Shown: one piece after another, positions 28,618 through 37,533 of the stretch
Layout: each line of letters opens with the position of its first letter
Position numbering within the stretch: the first letter of the stretch is position 1
Source: Candidatus Hydrogenedentota bacterium
GTDB taxonomy: Bacteria > Hydrogenedentota > Hydrogenedentia > Hydrogenedentales > JAEUWI01
Direction: 5' to 3'
DNA: 64,000 nucleotides
Assembly (NCBI GenBank): GCA_034669905.1
Contig: JAXMOL010000025.1
Location: forward strand, 40,775-104,774
Notes under the pieces: generated by a model
Seen by the model: only the letters and a program-made list of their open reading frames with translations
Told to the model about the DNA's origin: nothing
Databases searched by the model: none
Program-made: the position numbers and the translations under genes

Positions 28618-28817
28618 GGACTGCTCTAATGTACGCCGACGGCGGAAAATGTACCGGCTGTACGCCACGTCTCGAATCTCTCGCGGAAAACCCATCGTCA
28701 ACTGACACGGCCGGTACAGCCTCACGCATTGGCGTCTATGCTGCGTTCGTAACGGGGATGACTATGTGGGCGTTGTCTGGACAAACAAGACGATGGATTT
28801 TGCGTGGAGGCAGTCCC
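28618..28817 (+). repeat. right REP unit flanking the RAYT
   Basis: tgtaccggctg near 28650; arm B 28710-28727; arm C 28802-28817. Spacers resemble those of the left unit. Confidence 0.88.
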
Positions 28818-31280
28818 TTAGGGCGTAAACACCAGGGTCGACTCCAGGTTTTCTGCCACCGCTTCGGGGGTGCTGTGTAACACCCGGTACTCGCCAGCGA
28901 TGAACAGTTCCGCCTGGTCGTCGTAGTGGGGGCTCATGAAGTTTCCGGAATTACCCGTGGGCAGAATTCCATAGACCTGGTCCGGCGTGGCGAAGTCCAC
29001 AAGCCGCCGGGTCGATGGTCCCGCGATGACGTCAAAGTTCAGCGCGCCCGCGCCGTAGAGCATGTTGTTCACCTGCTGGGCGCCGCCGGACACGGGGAAG
29101 GGCCCCACGTTGAAGATACCGCCCAGCCCCGGCACCAATCCGAAGGGGTGGGTGAACTCGAGTTGGTGCAGGGCCCCCCATTCCCATTCATCCACCTCAT
29201 CCCCCAACGTATCTTCCAGATAGGCCACCGCTTCTCGAAACGCCTGCGTGATAATCTCCTCGCGGTTTTCTTCTTCTGGCGTCGTCGTGTTATCCCAAAA
29301 GGCCGATTCGGGCGTCTGCATGAACCATTTAAAGAAATTCCAATGGTCCGCGAGCGAGCCGTAGGTATTGAAGTAGGTCTCCCCCATTTCATCGAGGAGC
29401 GCCTCCCGCATGATCATGGTGCATAGCAGCTGATAGATAGCGGCCCCCGCAGCATCGGCACCGTGCTCGAAGTCCCACCCCTTGAGCACCTCGAAGACTT
29501 CCGATTCCATCGCGGGAAGTTCCCTCCCCTCAAGACTCGCCACGGCCACCGCGATAATATCCGGTGCGGCCAGGGCACGGGCGTCCAACTGAATGGCCTG
29601 AAGTTCCTCCAGCGACCAGGTCTCTTGCTCGGCCAAACGTTCCTCGATACGTCCCGCGCGGTCTCCCGGCTGCCAATAGCCTTCCAGGTCTCTCACGGCA
29701 CCCACGGGCTTCACGGTGGACTTGTTGTTTGCCGTCACGATGTAGCCCCACGGGGGATTGCGGAGATGGGGATTCTCGGCGAAGGGCACGAAGCCCAGTC
29801 GTTCATCCTTCCCCGAAGCGCCATCCAAGAGGGCCTTATTGTCCACGTGTTCTGGTCGCACGGGAATACGTCCCGCAGCCCACCAGGCAATGTTGTCGTT
29901 GACATCGGCATAGGAAACGTTGATACCGGGCGACGTGACCAGGGGCATGGCGGCAGCAAACTCTTCATAACTCGTGGCCCGGCCCATCTTGTAGAAGGCG
30001 ACCATGTCGGTGTACTCCACCTGCTGCCACACCCAGGAGAGGGAAACATCGGGACCCTCGTAGTCGAAGAGGGCCTTGAGCAGGTCGGTCACCACGGGGC
30101 CATGGGGGGTGCGGCGCAGTGTGATGGGCACGTCTTCCCCCCACCGCACGTGTATGACCTCTTCAGCGCATTCCACCGTCACCCATTCGCCCTTATACAT
30201 GACCTGACTGGGATCGTCTTCCTTAAAGGTTTCCCGGTAGAGGTCCACGTCGTCATTGGCGAACATGGTCAGTCCCCAGGCATGGTGTCGGTTCTGTCCG
30301 AGCAGGGGCAGGGGCACGAGGGGAAGATAGTAGCCATAGAGCTCATGGTCGGGCAGGGTGATCTGGGCTTCATACCATATGGATGGATTGGTAAAGCCAA
30401 TGTGGGGATCGTTGGCCAGGATGGCCTTACCCGATTTCGTGCGCGACGGACCCAATAGCCAGGAGTTGCTGCCCAAGGCCGGCCCGTAGCGCTCCGAAAT
30501 GGGATTGAGCACGCCAAGCAGGGCATCCAGACCCACGAGGGACGCTTTGGCCTCAGGGGCAGGCAACGCCCCATCGATCTGTCCATCGAGAAAGGCCCGC
30601 GCCTCTTCCAGCGTCTCCATGATGGTGACCGGCGTTTCCTTATGGTAGCCCGGAAAGAGCTCCGACACATCATGATCGGGCAAGCGCTCCTGCAAGAGGC
30701 TCTTCAGGGGATCGCCCCGAAGTCCATCGGCGAAGGTAATGGGCAGGAGAGCCCCAATGCTCAGACAATCCACGACGGAGAAGGGCTCCGCCGCCATTCC
30801 CAAGACCGCGAATTCGAATGGCAGCGCTTCTTCCGCCAATCGATGGTTAATGCCGTCGGTAAACGCCACCATGAGGGCGAAGAATTCGGGCTCGATACGC
30901 TGAAGAACCTCCCGGGTCGACTCCGCCTTCGAACGCAATTGGAAGGCCCGCGTGAGCGCGTCGACAGGCACGAGTCGACTGCCCAACACTTCGGCGGTGC
31001 GCCCATTGGCCAGACGGCGGAGCAGTTCCATCTGAAAGAGGCGGTCCTGCCCCATGACATAGCCCAATGCGAAGAAGGCATCGCCCTCGTTTTCCGCCTC
31101 GATATGGGGCACGCCCCAATTGTCCCGTCGCACCGTCACCTGGTCGGAAAGGCCCTCGTGACTGACCTTTCCATCCAAGAGGGGCTGACGGGTCCAGGCC
31201 AGCCAAAAGAGCCACAGCACCCCCAGCAGGGAACACAGCACCATTGCCAACACCAATCGCTTGAACCACTTTTTCCACAT
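28818..31280 (-). CDS. penicillin acylase family Ntn-hydrolase (peptidase S45), membrane anchored
   Basis: RDNWGVPHI; QDRLFQMEL; GSNSW nucleophile; ANDPHI; TANNK; GNSG...SPHYDDQ. Confidence 0.93.
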   Translation of the reverse strand: MWKKWFKRLVLAMVLCSLLGVLWLFWLAWTRQPLLDGKVSHEGLSDQVTVRRDNWGVPHIEAENEGDAFFALGYVMGQDRLFQMELLRRLANGRTAEVLGSRLVPVDALTRAFQLRSKAESTREVLQRIEPEFFALMVAFTDGINHRLAEEALPFEFAVLGMAAEPFSVVDCLSIGALLPITFADGLRGDPLKSLLQERLPDHDVSELFPGYHKETPVTIMETLEEARAFLDGQIDGALPAPEAKASLVGLDALLGVLNPISERYGPALGSNSWLLGPSRTKSGKAILANDPHIGFTNPSIWYEAQITLPDHELYGYYLPLVPLPLLGQNRHHAWGLTMFANDDVDLYRETFKEDDPSQVMYKGEWVTVECAEEVIHVRWGEDVPITLRRTPHGPVVTDLLKALFDYEGPDVSLSWVWQQVEYTDMVAFYKMGRATSYEEFAAAMPLVTSPGINVSYADVNDNIAWWAAGRIPVRPEHVDNKALLDGASGKDERLGFVPFAENPHLRNPPWGYIVTANNKSTVKPVGAVRDLEGYWQPGDRAGRIEERLAEQETWSLEELQAIQLDARALAAPDIIAVAVASLEGRELPAMESEVFEVLKGWDFEHGADAAGAAIYQLLCTMIMREALLDEMGETYFNTYGSLADHWNFFKWFMQTPESAFWDNTTTPEEENREEIITQAFREAVAYLEDTLGDEVDEWEWGALHQLEFTHPFGLVPGLGGIFNVGPFPVSGGAQQVNNMLYGAGALNFDVIAGPSTRRLVDFATPDQVYGILPTGNSGNFMSPHYDDQAELFIAGEYRVLHSTPEAVAENLESTLVFTP

Positions 31281-31450
31281 GCGCGAAGCCTCTCTAAATC
31301 GGGTACACGGTGCCGAAACAACCGTGGGTGATGGTATCAGCAATCCCCCGATTTGTACATGACGCGGTTGGACAGCGTTTTTTTTGGTTCATGGATAATC
31401 AGTGGGTACCAACAAACCCCACTCTACCTAAACAAACTCAACCCCGCAAT

Positions 31451-31646
31451 CGTGCCGCGCGATCCGGTATCCCCGGTTCGTGCGCGGGTCGGGAGATAGG
31501 ATTAGGTCTCCGCATCAAGGACCAAGCCCGCCCCAAGCACAATGCACTATTCCCAATGACGTCTTGAAGCCTTCCCATAACGACACAGCCCCCAACGACG
31601 TCTCAAAGATCTTCGCACGAACTGGAGTACCAGATCGCGCGGCACG
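31451..31646. repeat. nested-hairpin REP doublet, copy 2
   Basis: cgtgccgcgcgatc 31451-31464 pairs with 31633-31646; gttcgtgcg 31476-31484 pairs with 31614-31622. Confidence 0.8.
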
Positions 31647-32199
31647 TCTATGGCTTGTCGTTTCATCGGAAAAAATGCGTGGTGACATGTTTTGCAGGCT
31701 CCCATTACCACAACTTCTTAGAGCCAGCTCTTGTAGTTTTTAACAAAGCTTTCCTATTCATTGCCCATGAACCTTTTTCGGGTGCTGTCCTCCTCCTGCC
31801 GTTGTGTGCGAAATACGAAGCCTGCGGAGTTGACGCAGGATATGGAACGGGCCTTCAGCTCTTGAATGCTGGTATGGGCCCGGTGCATGGGCCGTTGGCC
31901 CATGCTGGTATGTTGCCGCGCCCTTGGCGCTCGTACCGCTACTATTACGAGTCCCTATGGTGCCCAAAGGTCAACCATTACGACACCCGTTGGCTACCAT
32001 GCAGCGGCCATTGCGAGACCCGGTGGCGCTCCGGGGAACCAACAGCGCGCTTTCCTATCCGCCCCGGCAGAAAGCCTTGGCAAGCGCAGTCGGGCGGCAC
32101 GGCCTGAGACATCGTATCGTCGCGTAGTCGGGATACGATCTATGAGGACGGTACCGGAGTTCAGGAAGTTGCATGGGGCAAATGGTGGACGCTAGGATG

Positions 32200-32215
32200 G
32201 CACAATCGATTGTGC
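32200..32215. promoter_or_regulatory. LacI-family operator GCACAATCGATTGTGC
   Basis: Perfect palindrome with central CG, 45 bp upstream of the DUF1593 gene; one mismatch from the site at 36030. Confidence 0.8.
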
Positions 32216-32259
32216 AAACCCTTATAGTGACTTCAACCTCGATTCACAAGGATAGCTCC

Positions 32260-33627
32260 ATGAAGAACATTTCCGCGTCTGTTTCACGACTACCAAAGCA
32301 TATGACCCCGTGGCTCTTGGTCGCGCTCACTGCCTTTTTACCCCCTTTCCAGGCAACGGCCACCGCCGCTTCCGAAAAGAAAACCCGCGTGATTGCCACG
32401 ACCGACGGCGAAGTGGATGACCGATGCTCCATGGTCCGTTTTCTCCTCTATGCCAACGAATGGGATATTCGGGGCATCATTCACTCCAGCTCCAAATTCC
32501 ACTGGAAAGGCGATGCAACCCATGAGGGAAAAGGCTGGGCCGATGTCGTCTGGTTGGACAAACAGCTGGACGCTTATGAAGCGGTCTACCCCAACCTGAA
32601 GCAACACGACGCCACCTTCCCCACCCCCGACTATCTCCGTTCCCAGGTTTTTGTCGGCAATATCGGCTACGAAGGCGATATGGACCAAGAGACGCCCGGC
32701 TCCAATCGCATCGTCGAGGTGCTCCTGGAAAAAGACGATTCGCCTGTATGGCTTCAGGCCTGGGGCGGCTCCAACACCATCTCCCGGGCATTGAAGACCA
32801 TCAAGGAGAAACACCCCGACCGGGTGGCGGAGGTCACGAGGAAGGCCCGCCTTTATCTCATCGCTGAGCAGGACAAGACCCTGCGCCAGTACATCATTCC
32901 CGAGTGGCCGGGGCTGGAAGTGCTGCTGAGCGACTGGCCAGCCTTTGAAGTGATTGCCTATCCCTGGAAGAAGTATCTCACCGAAGAGCAGCAGGGCTAC
33001 TTTGGTGAATCCTGGATGACGGCCCACATCCTCGACGGTCACGGTCCCCTCGCGGGCATGTATGAGGCCAAGAAACGCCGCTTCCACTCGGAAGGCGATA
33101 CGCCCTCCTACCTCCACGTGATTCGCACGGGCTTGGACAGTGACATGCATCCGACCTATGGCGGTTGGGGCGGACGCTTCAAACGGGATGGGGACATTTG
33201 GCTTTCCGTGGATGAGCGGGGCAAGCCAGTCCACAGCATCGCCCGTTGGACCATCGATTTTCAGAATGACTGGGCAGCACGGGCCGACTGGTGTGTGAAA
33301 CCTTTCGACGAGGCGAACCATGCACCGACGGTGACCCTGGCCCATGACCGGATGCTTTCCGCGAAGGCGGGTGATACGGTGCAGGTGGATGCGGGCAAAT
33401 CCACCGATCCCGATGGCGATCCATTGACCTATCAGTGGTGGCACTATGGCGAAGCGGGTACCGTTACCCAGTCGGCACCGATTGAAAACGCCACGAGCGC
33501 GGCGGCCACCGTGCACGTGCCGGAGGCGGCGAAGTCGGGCGAAACCCTGCACCTGGTGTGCACCGTGCGGGACGGGGGTACGCCGACGTTGACGCGTTAC
33601 GCGCGGGTTATCGTGACGGTGAAGTGA
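32260..33627 (+). CDS. exported DUF1593 nucleoside-hydrolase-like protein with C-terminal Ig-like domain
   Basis: RVIATTDGEVDD..SMVRFLLYANEWD; AWGGSNT; SEGDTPS; GGWGGRF; AARADW; NHAP...DPDGD.L.Y.WW.Y.EAG. Confidence 0.88.
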   Translation: MKNISASVSRLPKHMTPWLLVALTAFLPPFQATATAASEKKTRVIATTDGEVDDRCSMVRFLLYANEWDIRGIIHSSSKFHWKGDATHEGKGWADVVWLDKQLDAYEAVYPNLKQHDATFPTPDYLRSQVFVGNIGYEGDMDQETPGSNRIVEVLLEKDDSPVWLQAWGGSNTISRALKTIKEKHPDRVAEVTRKARLYLIAEQDKTLRQYIIPEWPGLEVLLSDWPAFEVIAYPWKKYLTEEQQGYFGESWMTAHILDGHGPLAGMYEAKKRRFHSEGDTPSYLHVIRTGLDSDMHPTYGGWGGRFKRDGDIWLSVDERGKPVHSIARWTIDFQNDWAARADWCVKPFDEANHAPTVTLAHDRMLSAKAGDTVQVDAGKSTDPDGDPLTYQWWHYGEAGTVTQSAPIENATSAAATVHVPEAAKSGETLHLVCTVRDGGTPTLTRYARVIVTVK

Positions 33628-33640
33628 TGTAGTGCCAAAC

Positions 33641-33676
33641 AGGGCGACCACGATGGGAATCGTGGTCGCCCTTTTT
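33641..33676 (+). terminator. intrinsic terminator
   Basis: agggcgaccacgat-ggga-atcgtggtcgccct followed by tttt, just after the DUF1593 stop. Confidence 0.8.
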
Positions 33677-33713
33677 CGTATGGCGCCTGGGCAATCAGCG
33701 AGCGGTGGACCTT

Positions 33714-33851
33714 TGGAGCGCGTAAGCTTGCTTACGCTCTTACAGCGTGAGCTTGCTCACGGCACAGGCCCGGTGGGCGGCAACGCAACGCGCGTCCCGG
33801 GGTGGGGAGCAAGCTCCCCGGGGAAAAGCGGCAGCAAGCTGCCGCACTCCA
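33714..33851. repeat. TGGAG-type REP doublet with internal GGGAGCAAGCTCCC palindrome
   Basis: tggagcgcgtaagcttgcttacgc...aaagcggcagcaagctgccgcactcca. Related copies at 44803-44897 and 63887-63934. Confidence 0.8.
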
Positions 33852-33925
33852 GGGAGTCGTCTTTTCCAACAGGCCTTCCCCAGCAGCGGGTCATGAACCT
33901 TTTTGACGCCAATGGGACTGCCGAG

Positions 33926-35914
33926 CTATTTCCCGAGAGCAGTGGCTTTCCCCTTTATCGTGTTGAAGATATCCGCTTTGATGGCCGCCTGATTGATTTC
34001 CCGAATGACCTTCACCTTGGTCGGTGCATCGGAATGGTGCCAGCGGTATTCGTCTTCGGGGCCGGAAACCGTGACGGGCTCCACCTCTTTCACCCAGCCT
34101 AGATCCTGGTAGATGTCGATGATGGCGCCCAGCACCGCCGGGTCGTAGAGGGCCTTGTCTTTTGCCGGGGTGATCTTCTTGAGGTAGGCTCCCAGCGGAT
34201 GGTCCGCGTAAAGGTCTGCCTCGCTTCGCTTGTCAATTTTCACCCGGGCACCAACGGGTGCGGGCATGATCCAGAGGTCCACACCGCTCTCGGCAATCAC
34301 ATAGAGGGACCAGGGGTCGTTGTTGCCGTTGAACTCATTGATGATGGCTTTGTTTGAACCGCCGAGCCACATGATGCGGATGCGATCGTGAAGGTCGATA
34401 CCTTCTTCCCGCGCCATTAGCAGTGCACTGGCTACATTGGTGCCGGGACCCACCGGTACGATCCACGCGGGATTATCCGGGGATGCACCCCGCGCGACCG
34501 CCAGAATGGCCTCGGCGGCCTCATTCACAATGGGTAAGGTGTCGGACCAGACCCCACTCCCCGGCACTTCCAGGCGCACATCGGCACCGCGAAAAATCTG
34601 GGGAATCCGCTCTGGCACGGCGCCGCTTTGACGCGCCAAATCCTCTACATGGACAATCTCGTTGTAATTGATCTCCTCCTGGCCACCGCCATGGTGCACA
34701 CTGTTGATGCCCAGGAGATCGAGTTCGCTGAAGATGGCATAGCCGAGGAAGTACTGGTCGTCCTGCTCATTTTTCTGGTCCGAATCGAGGAGAAGTTGGG
34801 GCAGTCCCACGGTCTTTTCGTCATGGACGCGGAGCAGTACGGTGGCGCTATCGGAATAGGTGCCGTCTTCCACGGTGAGGCGCGCGGTGTAGAGACCCGG
34901 CTTGTCGAAACGATGTTCGATTCGCTGGCCGGTTTTCGCGGAGCCGTCGTCGATCTGCCAACTGAAGGTGTCAATCTTTCCTTGCGAGGGTGCGCCATCC
35001 AGCACCACGGTATCACCGGCCATGATGGCGGAAGTTTGATTGGTAATCCCGGCGAGGATGGGGGGCCCCACTTCGACGGCTGTCTTTAACGTGGCCACAT
35101 GCTCGCCGTCGGTAAAGTCCACGGAAGCGACATAGGAACCCGGGGCGCCATAGGTGTGGCGCACCTCCGTGCCCTTGGCCGACGTTCCGTCACCGAGATC
35201 CCAGTTCCATTCCTCGATGTCTCCGGCCAGCCCTTCCGCCTGAAAGGTTATGCTTTCCCCGAGGCGAATCCGCCGTTTGTCGGCATGCATGCGTCCATCC
35301 AAATCAGCGACCAAGGCCACCACCCACGACGTGCCCGGTTCACCCCGGAAGTGGACACTGTTGAGTGGCGTCTTTTCGTCTTTACTGAAGAGGGCCACCC
35401 GAAAAGCGTCGAATGAGATCCCTTCTTCCAGGGGCACGTGCCACACATAATGGCCGTTGTTATACCAGTCCCCCACGCCCCGGGCATGTTCCCGCCATGT
35501 CCCTTCACTGCGCACCTCAATCTTCCACGCCGTATCGGGTTGGGGCTGGTTGGGGTAAGCCCCCCGTAAACGAATCAGATTGGCGGTGATCGGTGCGGGC
35601 CACTCGGCCAACCAATAAACCGGGGCGTCTTCTGAGATAATCCCCAAGGTCTTAGCGGCACCAATCCCATACTCGTGCCAACCACTTTTTTCCCGGAATT
35701 TTCCCTGCACCACATCGTAAATCACATGGCCGGGCTTGCCCCGCAGGCCTTGCTCGTAGGATTCCATATTGCCGGATACGTTGGCATCCACCAGTTGGTT
35801 ATGGGCCCAGGGCGGTACCCGTTTTGCAACCTCTGCCGTGGCCGATCCCGCCATCATGAGTCCGAGCAGGTACACGGCCCCATGAAGCATCCTCTTTTTC
35901 ACGTTCATTCTCAT
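33926..35914 (-). CDS. exported protein: N-terminal beta-sandwich, two PKD domains, C-terminal nucleoside-hydrolase-like domain
   Basis: Signal peptide; WNWDLGDG...HTYGAPGSY and FSWQIDDG...HRFDKPGLY PKD motifs; DSDQKNEQDDQY; GPGTNVA; WLGGS; EFNGNNDP; LYDP. Confidence 0.82.
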   Translation of the reverse strand: MRMNVKKRMLHGAVYLLGLMMAGSATAEVAKRVPPWAHNQLVDANVSGNMESYEQGLRGKPGHVIYDVVQGKFREKSGWHEYGIGAAKTLGIISEDAPVYWLAEWPAPITANLIRLRGAYPNQPQPDTAWKIEVRSEGTWREHARGVGDWYNNGHYVWHVPLEEGISFDAFRVALFSKDEKTPLNSVHFRGEPGTSWVVALVADLDGRMHADKRRIRLGESITFQAEGLAGDIEEWNWDLGDGTSAKGTEVRHTYGAPGSYVASVDFTDGEHVATLKTAVEVGPPILAGITNQTSAIMAGDTVVLDGAPSQGKIDTFSWQIDDGSAKTGQRIEHRFDKPGLYTARLTVEDGTYSDSATVLLRVHDEKTVGLPQLLLDSDQKNEQDDQYFLGYAIFSELDLLGINSVHHGGGQEEINYNEIVHVEDLARQSGAVPERIPQIFRGADVRLEVPGSGVWSDTLPIVNEAAEAILAVARGASPDNPAWIVPVGPGTNVASALLMAREEGIDLHDRIRIMWLGGSNKAIINEFNGNNDPWSLYVIAESGVDLWIMPAPVGARVKIDKRSEADLYADHPLGAYLKKITPAKDKALYDPAVLGAIIDIYQDLGWVKEVEPVTVSGPEDEYRWHHSDAPTKVKVIREINQAAIKADIFNTIKGKATALGK

Positions 35915-36029
35915 ATCCCTACCCGTTGTGCGTGCACCTTTGGACGGAGGTTGAATCCCCTCACTGTCCCGAAGGCCTACCCTGTGGCACACGCGAACTC
36001 AAAAAGTGCTGGTCGTCAGTATAGGGAAG

Positions 36030-36045
36030 GCACAAACGATTGTGC
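36030..36045. promoter_or_regulatory. LacI-family operator GCACAAACGATTGTGC
   Basis: Located in the divergent intergenic region between the PKD-NH gene and the LacI gene. Confidence 0.8.
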
Positions 36046-36095
36046 AATGCCTGTCTTTGTGCCTTTACCCGGACGGATTCGGTATAATCCCCCCT

Positions 36096-37133
36096 ATGAA
36101 ATCGAGCCGAAAACCGACCATGAAAGATCTCGCCCGGGACGTGGGCCTCTCCGTCTCGGTCGTTTCCCGGGTGCTCAACGGCAAAGCGGCCGACTATCGC
36201 ATCAGCGAGCAGACCCAACGACTCGTTCGCGAAGCCGCGGCGAAGCGTGGCTTCTCGGTGAATCAGATTGCCCGGGGGCTTCGTCTGCAGAAAACCAAGA
36301 CCATCGGGTTACTCATCCCCGATATCTCCAACAGCTTTTTCTCGTCCATCGCCCGCACGGTAGAGAACGCCGCGCGGCGGCGGGGCTATGCCATCATCTT
36401 GTGCGATACGGAAGACGATGAGCAGGTGGAGCAGGAGGCCCTTTCGCTGCTCCTGGACCGGGCCGTCGACGGCCTCCTCGTCTCCCCTATCGGCAAGGGG
36501 ACCGAGCACATCGAGGCCGCGTGCGCGCGGAAGGTTCCCCTGGTGCTGGTCGACCGCTTTTTCGACAACCACGACATTCCCTACGTCACGACCAACAATT
36601 ATCAGGGAGCCTACGACGGGACGGCCCATCTCATCAGCGCGGGACACCGTCGCATTGGATTCATCCAGGGATTGCCCGACTCGAAACCCAACTGCGAACG
36701 ACTCCGGGGTTACCGGCAGGCCTTGAAAGACCACCAGATTCCCGTGGAAGATTCCTGGGTTCAGGGCTCGAAGTTTGAAGAGGCGGATGGTTACGCCAGT
36801 GCCCAATGTCTGTTGGACAGTCTCGCTGCGCCGACGGCACTCTTTGCCAGCAGTTCGTTGGGGGCCCTGGGCGTCATGCGCGCGTGCCTCGACCGGGGTT
36901 TGCGCATTCCTGATGACGTCTCACTCATTGGCTTCGACGAATACCCCTACGCCCCGCTGCTGGCCCCGCCCCTCACGACCATCGCCCAGCCCACGCGGGA
37001 GATTGCAGAGCTCGCCAGCCGCATGCTTATCGACTGGCTGGAAACCGGCGAAGGGCCTGCCAGCCGGGTCCACGTCCTGGAAACCGAACTCGTGCTGCGA
37101 GATTCTGTGGCCCCCCTGGCCCCTCCCATCTAA
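36096..37133 (+). CDS. LacI family transcriptional regulator
   Basis: PTMKDLARDVGLSVSVVSRVLNG HTH; ARGLR; IPDISNSFF; IPDDVSLIGFD; PPLTTI. TATAAT lies 7 nt before the ATG (possibly leaderless). Confidence 0.95.
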   Translation: MKSSRKPTMKDLARDVGLSVSVVSRVLNGKAADYRISEQTQRLVREAAAKRGFSVNQIARGLRLQKTKTIGLLIPDISNSFFSSIARTVENAARRRGYAIILCDTEDDEQVEQEALSLLLDRAVDGLLVSPIGKGTEHIEAACARKVPLVLVDRFFDNHDIPYVTTNNYQGAYDGTAHLISAGHRRIGFIQGLPDSKPNCERLRGYRQALKDHQIPVEDSWVQGSKFEEADGYASAQCLLDSLAAPTALFASSSLGALGVMRACLDRGLRIPDDVSLIGFDEYPYAPLLAPPLTTIAQPTREIAELASRMLIDWLETGEGPASRVHVLETELVLRDSVAPLAPPI

Positions 37134-37197
37134 ATAGGTGAAGATTTATCGCGGACTTTTTCCAAGTCATTCGATTGCCATCTTTCAAAACCGGGGC

Positions 37198-37288
37198 TTG
37201 GGAGCGCAGGCGGCTCGACTGTATTACATTAAAGACGTAAGAACTACGTGCCTTCGGCCCGAGGCAGGCGGGCCGCCTGCGCTCCCAA
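37198..37288. repeat. TGGGAGCGCAGGCGG REP doublet (inverted pair)
   Basis: ttgggagcgcaggcggc...gccgcctgcgctcccaa. Confidence 0.75.
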
Positions 37289-37533
37289 TTGTCAAAGCCC
37301 TTATTAAGCAATAGTGGCCAAGCCGCACTTACGTTGGACTTCTATAAATGCTTGCGTGCGTTTCCGATACCAAAGCGTTGTATTGGATCTAGGTCTACCT
37401 TCACTTATTCAGTCCGTCCATTACTGTTTGATGGGAACCACGGGGGAGCAACGCCGTCCGCCGTTGGAATTCTTCGTCGGCATCTTGTTACGGTGGATTC
37501 GTCTTTGTCGCACTCATACCAGGAGATTTCACT

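Noticed and set aside
1081..28817. Recurring gccgggacagcctcacgc and gtgggataggcttccagcctgtc motifs as a CRISPR array
   Set aside because: The motifs are dispersed with irregular spacing, have inverted partners, and no cas genes are present. They are explained as REPs linked to the RAYT.
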